Source of the DNA: Nitrosarchaeum sp.
GTDB taxonomy: Archaea; Thermoproteota; Nitrososphaeria; Nitrososphaerales; Nitrosopumilaceae
NCBI GenBank assembly: GCA_023265135.1
Contig: JAHFUM010000009.1
Span: 1-32,000 of the forward strand
DNA length: 32,000 nt
Direction of reading: 5' to 3'
Shown here: positions 27,141-32,000 of the stretch, piece by piece
Layout: each line of letters begins with the position of its first letter
Position numbering within the stretch: position 1 is the stretch's first letter
Translations under genes and position numbers: made by a program
The notes under the pieces: generated by a model
Told to the model about the DNA's origin: nothing
Seen by the model: the letters and a program-made list of their open reading frames with translations, nothing else
Databases searched by the model: none

Positions 27141-28945
27141 GCTGCACATTCACCTTTTCCAGTTTTTGTGTGATAGCTAGAGTCACTTCCATAATCAGTG
27201 TAAAAATCAGGATCTTCCTCTTTTGTAGGTGGAATTGTTAATAAATCCAAAGCCTTTCTTATGTCAAGGATAGATTTTATTTCAGAATCTTCTTTTCCGT
27301 TTATAATTCTATGAATCCAATCTTTAAGAGTGTCATCAGATTTTTTATTTTGTTTGAATAATTCAATAATTTTTAAAATTACCGGAATTACTCTTTTTGC
27401 AGGAATTCTATGACATGTTGCGCCAAGTATTGTTTCTCCATCAGAGCGTCCTCCCAAAGACATTTGATAATTTGGATACATTTCTTTTCCAACTCTGCCG
27501 CCTCCTCCAAAAAACCCAATTGTGGCAATCCCATGTTGAGCACATGCATTTGGGCATCCACTAATCTTAATTGAAGAATCACATAAATCATCATCTTGAT
27601 CTAATTTGAGTTCAAGGAATTTTCTTTGAATTTCTTTTGCCAGTCTATGAGAATTAGTTAAAGCTAGATTACATGAAGTTGTACCTGAACAGCCTATTGG
27701 AGCTGCCATAGTCAAGGCACCAGATTTTGCCAATCCTACCGTAAGCAATTTAGAGTAAAGAAGAGGCAAATCATCTTTATGGACATAACGTAATGCAATG
27801 TTTTGTAAAAAGCCAGTTCGGGCATGACCTTCTGATGAGAATTCTCGAATAATTGCTGCCAGTGAAGTTATCTGATTGGAGGTAATATCTCCTGCCTCGA
27901 GGGTTATGAATACAGAAGAGTATTCAGCTTGTTTTTGTTTTAGAGTGTTTGTTTTTAGCCATCTTGTGTAACCGTCAGGAATGGAACTCCCACTTTCATC
28001 AGATATTCTAATGGGTCTTTTAATTATTGATGGAGTGTGATCTATATCAAGTCGAGTGATAACGGATTGAGTTGCTCTAACTATTGCTCTTTCTTTGAGA
28101 ACTAGGTTTTGGAATTTTTCCCATCCCATATCATTTACAAGATAACGCATTCTATTTCGAGCCATATTTTTTCTATCACCTAGTCTATCAAAAATTCGGA
28201 TTACTGCAATTGAGGTATACAAAAGATCTTCTTCTGGAGTAAACTCTTCTAATTGGTAACCTACAAAAGATTTGTTACCCAATCCGCCACCAAGAAAAAT
28301 TTTGAATCCTTTTTGAATGGCTCCATCCAAATCTCTGGTTTGTGGAATCAATCCAACATCTACCATTCTCACCATTCCATGTTTTTCACAGCATGTAAAA
28401 TTGAATTTGAATTTTCTTGGAAGATTTTGGGATAGCGGATTTCTCAAGAAGAATCTTGCAGTTGCGAGTGCATATGGCGTAGAATCAAATTCTTCATCAG
28501 GACAAACGCCAGATAAAGGGCTACACATGACATTCCTTACAGAATTACCACATGCTTCACGTGATGTAAGACCAACTTCAGCCAGCCCGCGTAAAATTTC
28601 TGAAACATCTTCTAAGATTACCCAGTGTAATTGAATATTTTCTCTTGTTGAAAAATGAGCGTTGCCTATAGAAAATTGCTCACTTAGTTGAGATATTTTT
28701 TCAAGTTGATGTGGATAAACTTCTCCTGCAGGCAGCTTAATTCGAACCATAGCATAATCATTAGTCATTCTGGTGCCATATGCCCCATGTTGAAGTCTAT
28801 ATCGTCTAAAGCTATCTTCATCGTATTTTCCTTGACGGAATAACTTTACAGTATTTGCAAAATCCTCAGCCTCCTCAATTCTTGCCCAATTGATTTTAGG
28901 TTTGGGTGTGTCTGGATGTGATTGTTTAAGATTAGATACTTTCAT
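27137..28945 (-). CDS. Assimilatory sulfite/nitrite reductase hemoprotein (ferredoxin-type, siroheme + 4Fe-4S)
   Basis: It shows the NiR/SiR duplicated fold with cluster/siroheme cysteines (TSREACGNSVRNVMCSP; IKISGCPNACAQHGIATIGFFGG). 602 aa is the normal size for Fd-SiR. Confidence 0.85.
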   Translation of the reverse strand: MKVSNLKQSHPDTPKPKINWARIEEAEDFANTVKLFRQGKYDEDSFRRYRLQHGAYGTRMTNDYAMVRIKLPAGEVYPHQLEKISQLSEQFSIGNAHFSTRENIQLHWVILEDVSEILRGLAEVGLTSREACGNSVRNVMCSPLSGVCPDEEFDSTPYALATARFFLRNPLSQNLPRKFKFNFTCCEKHGMVRMVDVGLIPQTRDLDGAIQKGFKIFLGGGLGNKSFVGYQLEEFTPEEDLLYTSIAVIRIFDRLGDRKNMARNRMRYLVNDMGWEKFQNLVLKERAIVRATQSVITRLDIDHTPSIIKRPIRISDESGSSIPDGYTRWLKTNTLKQKQAEYSSVFITLEAGDITSNQITSLAAIIREFSSEGHARTGFLQNIALRYVHKDDLPLLYSKLLTVGLAKSGALTMAAPIGCSGTTSCNLALTNSHRLAKEIQRKFLELKLDQDDDLCDSSIKISGCPNACAQHGIATIGFFGGGGRVGKEMYPNYQMSLGGRSDGETILGATCHRIPAKRVIPVILKIIELFKQNKKSDDTLKDWIHRIINGKEDSEIKSILDIRKALDLLTIPPTKEEDPDFYTDYGSDSSYHTKTGKGECAA

Positions 28946-29128
28946 TACAATAGAAAGTTCTTTGAGTTACGATATAAATTTTTGATATGGGAAATTTTAG
29001 GAGATAAAGTTTCGAGGTCATACGTGAATTTTCCTCATGCTATAATCAATTTTGTATTTCAGAATTAGTTTGTCCTAATTGGCAAAAAGGTGGGAAAGTA
29101 TTAATGGGTTCTAAGAATCAATATTTTC
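28946..29128. promoter_or_regulatory. Divergent promoter region between the sulfite reductase and thi4 genes
   Basis: On the minus strand, the TATA-like caaaaatttatatc (28971-28984) is centred about 30 nt from ATG 28945. On the plus strand, aaagtattaat (29096-29106) lies about 28 nt from ATG 29129. This spacing suggests leaderless or very short-leader mRNAs. No TPP-riboswitch-like sequence was seen. Confidence 0.3.
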
Positions 29129-29947
29129 ATGCAAAAAGCTACAGTTGCAGAAAAATCAACAAAAATATTCACTGATGTTCGTGAAGTCGAGATCACTCGA
29201 GCAATTGCAAACGAATTTCATGCAGTTCTAATTGACAGAGCAGAGTCAGATGTAATAATTATAGGAGCTGGACCAGCAGGATTGACTGCTAGTAGAGATC
29301 TTTCAAATATGGGTTTCAAAGTTTTGGTAGTTGAACAAAACAATTACCTTGGTGGGGGTTATTGGTTAGGCGGATATATGATGAATCCAGTAACAGTTAG
29401 AGAACCAGCTCAGAAAATGTGGGATGAGTTGGGTATACCATACAAAAAAGTTTCAGAGGGATTGTATTTAACACCAGGGCCACATGCAGTTTCTAAATTA
29501 ATTGCAGCCGCATGTGATGCCGGAGTAAAATTCCTAAATCTTACAAAGTTTGACGATCTTGTATTAAAAAATGGTAGAGTTACAGGCATTGTTGTTAATT
29601 GGATGCCAGTATCTGCACTACCAAGAAACATTACATGTGTTGATCCAATTGCACTAGAAGCAAAAATGATAATTGATGCATCAGGACATGACTCTGTAGC
29701 AGTAAAACGTTTAGTAGACAGGGGATTAGTTGAATGGAAAGGAATGAATCCAATGTATGTAAATGAAGGTGAAGAACACGTAGTTCACAATACTGGAGAA
29801 GTGTATCCAGGACTGGTTGCAGCAGGAATGTCTGTAACTGAAACGTATGGACTGGCAAGAATGGGTCCTACCTATGGTTCAATGCTTTTTTCAGGAAGGA
29901 AAGCTGCTGAAATAACGGCAGAAAAAATCAAAGAGTTAGAAAGATAA
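29129..29947 (+). CDS. thi4: Thiamine thiazole synthase, Thi4 family (Cys-containing type)
   Basis: FAD/NAD dinucleotide motif DVIIIGAGPAGLTAS, plus VVEQNNYLGGG and IIDASGHD. The active-site position reads NITC170VDP (TGT at 29636-29638). Confidence 0.9.
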   Translation: MQKATVAEKSTKIFTDVREVEITRAIANEFHAVLIDRAESDVIIIGAGPAGLTASRDLSNMGFKVLVVEQNNYLGGGYWLGGYMMNPVTVREPAQKMWDELGIPYKKVSEGLYLTPGPHAVSKLIAAACDAGVKFLNLTKFDDLVLKNGRVTGIVVNWMPVSALPRNITCVDPIALEAKMIIDASGHDSVAVKRLVDRGLVEWKGMNPMYVNEGEEHVVHNTGEVYPGLVAAGMSVTETYGLARMGPTYGSMLFSGRKAAEITAEKIKELER

Positions 29948-29970
29948 ACAATAGTCGATTTATCAGTTCA

Positions 29971-30762
29971 TTGAAGATATCAAAAATATTTTTGTATGAT
30001 GAACCTGCTGTTTCTCAAATTAAGCTTGAGAATCTTGCTGTTTTTTTAAAAGAGACGTTTTCAGTTCAAGTTGAAACAAGAGAGAGCATTTTAAAATTCT
30101 CAAAAAAAGACACGGCAGTAAAAATTGCATCGTGTAGAATTTTCAATCCTAGAAAACCATATGAAAAACATATTCCAAGTAGGGAGGAAATTCTTTTTGA
30201 AGAAGCAAATTGTGAAGATACTACAAAAACTGAAAACATTATCATGTATGATGGATTTGAAATTCAAAAAGTATTAACGGAGTTAATTCCAAATAATGAA
30301 ACATCGTCGAATTTATTCCACGTTTTTTTTACAAACAAACTCACATGCACATATGATTATAATGATTACAGATATCATGGAAGAGCATTAATTGGCGCCA
30401 ACCCTTCAGTAATTTCGACAACTGGGATAATTGAAGCGCCAGCAAAACCAAGAGAGTATTATTTAGATCTAATATCAAATTTCACACAGGGCATAAATGT
30501 AGAGTCAATAAAACAAAAATACAAAGGCACATATCTAGAATACAATGATACACGTCTATCAAAAATCATAGAAGGATATCTGTTACAAGCAATATTTTAT
30601 TTTGAAATGGGAGAACCATTTTGTGAAAAGGTAGAATGTAGGCTTTTTAATTCACATTGGCAAAAAGATTTGCTTTATTCACAGTTAGAAAATGGAAAAT
30701 TATGCGAGACACATCAACAATCTTTAAAGAAATTAACAACAATGAAGCAAAACCAACAGTAA
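29971..30762 (+). CDS. Conserved hypothetical protein; the C-terminus resembles the archaemetzincin (M54) Cys-rich zinc signature but lacks HExxH
   Basis: TTG start 24 nt after thi4. Residues 214-248 read G-EPF-C-EKVE-C-R-L-x19-C-ET-H. The archaemetzincin signature is HEXXHXXGX3CX4CXMX17CXXC. The positions expected for H-E-x-x-H read A-I-F-Y-F. Confidence 0.55.
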   Translation: MKISKIFLYDEPAVSQIKLENLAVFLKETFSVQVETRESILKFSKKDTAVKIASCRIFNPRKPYEKHIPSREEILFEEANCEDTTKTENIIMYDGFEIQKVLTELIPNNETSSNLFHVFFTNKLTCTYDYNDYRYHGRALIGANPSVISTTGIIEAPAKPREYYLDLISNFTQGINVESIKQKYKGTYLEYNDTRLSKIIEGYLLQAIFYFEMGEPFCEKVECRLFNSHWQKDLLYSQLENGKLCETHQQSLKKLTTMKQNQQ

Positions 30763-30809
30763 AGAATAGAAAGTATGGAAAAAATCAACAAAAAAATAAA
30801 AATTAAGAT

Positions 30810-30938
30810 TTATCTATTTTTTTCAAAAGGTCCTTGATGGTCATTTAGACAGCAAGTACATTGTTTAGTATAACATTCAGACACAGTTTCATGACCGCAA
30901 GAGCCACAATGACAGAAGGGATCACTAGTCATAAGCAT
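30810..30938 (-). CDS. Small Cys/His-rich protein (42 aa)
   Basis: MLMTSDPFCHCGSCGHETVSECYTKQCTCCLNDHQGPFEKNR has 7 Cys and 3 His in 42 aa. The track ORF (to 30998, TTG) adds an implausible hydrophobic leader. ATG 30938 is preceded by an AT-rich box. Confidence 0.45.
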   Translation of the reverse strand: MLMTSDPFCHCGSCGHETVSECYTKQCTCCLNDHQGPFEKNR

Positions 30939-31035
30939 AAACGAGAACAGGTGTGTTAAAAACATTAAGATTCTAAAAAATTTGAAGCAAATAGTCAAAT
31001 TAGCAGTAAAATATCAGTTCTTGTAAGAAAAACAG

Positions 31036-31854
31036 CTATAAGATTTGTTTTACCAATGCTTGCAAATTATGAATTCTTTTTGTATGAATGCCTGTTTTTT
31101 TAGATAATTTAATTTCATCATATTCAAGAAGATCTTTTGCAATCATCATACCAATACCTAAGAAGATTGCCAATTCTTTTGAAGTCAGATTCAAAATAGT
31201 GATTGGGTATAACTTATTTTGTTCGATAATCTTTTCAAGACTTTTTTCTGACGGATATCTCCAAGTAAAAACTTGCTGACCAATACAGTTTGCATATTTT
31301 TTTGCATCTTCAGATATTTTGCTATTGCAAAAAATAATTTCGCCTGAAAATCTAGGTGATGTATCCAAAAATCTTGCATGTGTATAAAGTGCTACTTTTA
31401 GTCCAATGTAGGTACCGCGGTGGGAGTTATGTTTGCACTCTATCATAAATTGTCCTAAATTAGACATGCCAATTAGGTCAATTTCATGCAATGCACATTT
31501 TCCTTTAACATCTACTCTAATTCCAAAAACTTGAAAATCATAATATTTTAGTAAATCAGCAACATAGTTTTCAAACGCAAATCCAGAAGGCCCAAGTCGC
31601 ATAATTGCATCCTTAAGCTGATATCTTTGACGTAATCCAGATAGATCTTTTTCCTCTGAAATAGCTTTTAAAACCAATTTGTAAATATCACCAGTTCCCA
31701 TATTATGGTAAACTTCAGAACGAACTTTTTTTAAAATTCTATTTGCAGTGGCTCTAGTTGCTCCTGCCCGCATGCAGGTGCTCAGAATTTTATTTGGATT
31801 AAAGTGAACTTTGCTTCCATCTGCTTTGAATATGAAAAAATTTCTAGGAGTCAC
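31036..31854 (-). CDS. ATP-cone domain protein fused to a PD-(D/E)xK (Mrr-like) nuclease core and a C-terminal helix-hairpin-helix-like segment
   Basis: GTG start. The N-terminus, FIFKADGSKVHFNPNKILSTCMRAGATRATANRILKKVRSEV, is ATP-cone-like. The middle, FENYVADLL...HEIDLIG...FMIECKH, is a D...ExK nuclease motif. The tail, LTSKELAIFLGIGMMIAKDLL, is HhH-like. Confidence 0.7.
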   Translation of the reverse strand: MTPRNFFIFKADGSKVHFNPNKILSTCMRAGATRATANRILKKVRSEVYHNMGTGDIYKLVLKAISEEKDLSGLRQRYQLKDAIMRLGPSGFAFENYVADLLKYYDFQVFGIRVDVKGKCALHEIDLIGMSNLGQFMIECKHNSHRGTYIGLKVALYTHARFLDTSPRFSGEIIFCNSKISEDAKKYANCIGQQVFTWRYPSEKSLEKIIEQNKLYPITILNLTSKELAIFLGIGMMIAKDLLEYDEIKLSKKTGIHTKRIHNLQALVKQIL

Positions 31855-32000
31855 ACATTAGATTTTCAGACAAGTACATTAAATTTTTCAGTAACTTTTG
31901 AATTTAATTAAACTTGAGTAATTTAACACGATTTTAAAGATGAATCTAATAGAACACTTTTTAATAATGGGTGGAAAATAATTGTAAATATGAACAGAAT

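Noticed and set aside
28946-29128. Possible TPP riboswitch upstream of thi4
   Set aside because: I could not find the conserved TPP-aptamer elements (a CUGAGA-type bulge and the pyrophosphate-sensing helix). The spacer is only 183 nt and is shared with a divergent promoter.
1-32000. Scan for tRNA, rRNA, CRISPR arrays and C/D-box sRNAs in the spacers
   Set aside because: There are no GC-rich cloverleaf-sized islands, no regularly spaced direct repeats outside coding repeats, and no convincing RUGAUGA...CUGA box pairs. Absence is judged by eye only.

Overview
AT-rich, gene-dense chromosomal segment with about 35 protein genes on both strands, very short spacers and several 4-nt start/stop overlaps. 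The gene content is archaeal: 20S proteasome beta subunit, DRG-type GTPase, archaeal Thi4, TrmI, a PUA protein, long-form ThyX and many tiny zinc-ribbon ORFs. Together with the base composition this resembles marine ammonia-oxidising archaea of the Nitrosopumilus type, which is an inference and was not searched. Most of the window is housekeeping: thyX, msrB, hom, psmB, argS, pcm, hsp20, usp, an M20 peptidase, NAD(P)HX dehydratase, trmI, and sulfite reductase + rhodanese + thi4. I found no rRNA, tRNA, CRISPR array, transposase or integrase. The supplied track misses one large gene, a minus-strand ORF open from 2520 to the left window edge that encodes a secreted NHL/FN3 surface protein. It also misses several Cys-rich ORFs shorter than 60 aa. 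The most unusual content is at 19.1-21.5 kb. There, a 548-aa protein carries 124 uninterrupted Gly-X-Y collagen-like triplets and no signal peptide, followed 22 nt later by a 94-aa unknown ORF. Facing them is a 99-aa protein made almost only of A/V/R/K and encoded by 81-bp tandem repeats. Other items worth a second look are an archaemetzincin-like protein that keeps the Cys-rich zinc signature but lacks HExxH, an ATP-cone/PD-(D/E)xK nuclease fusion, a Cys-type Thi4 beside a sulfite reductase-rhodanese pair, and two stretches with no long ORF (8.5-9.0 kb, 16.4-17.5 kb). All family assignments come from motif recognition by eye; no database search was run.
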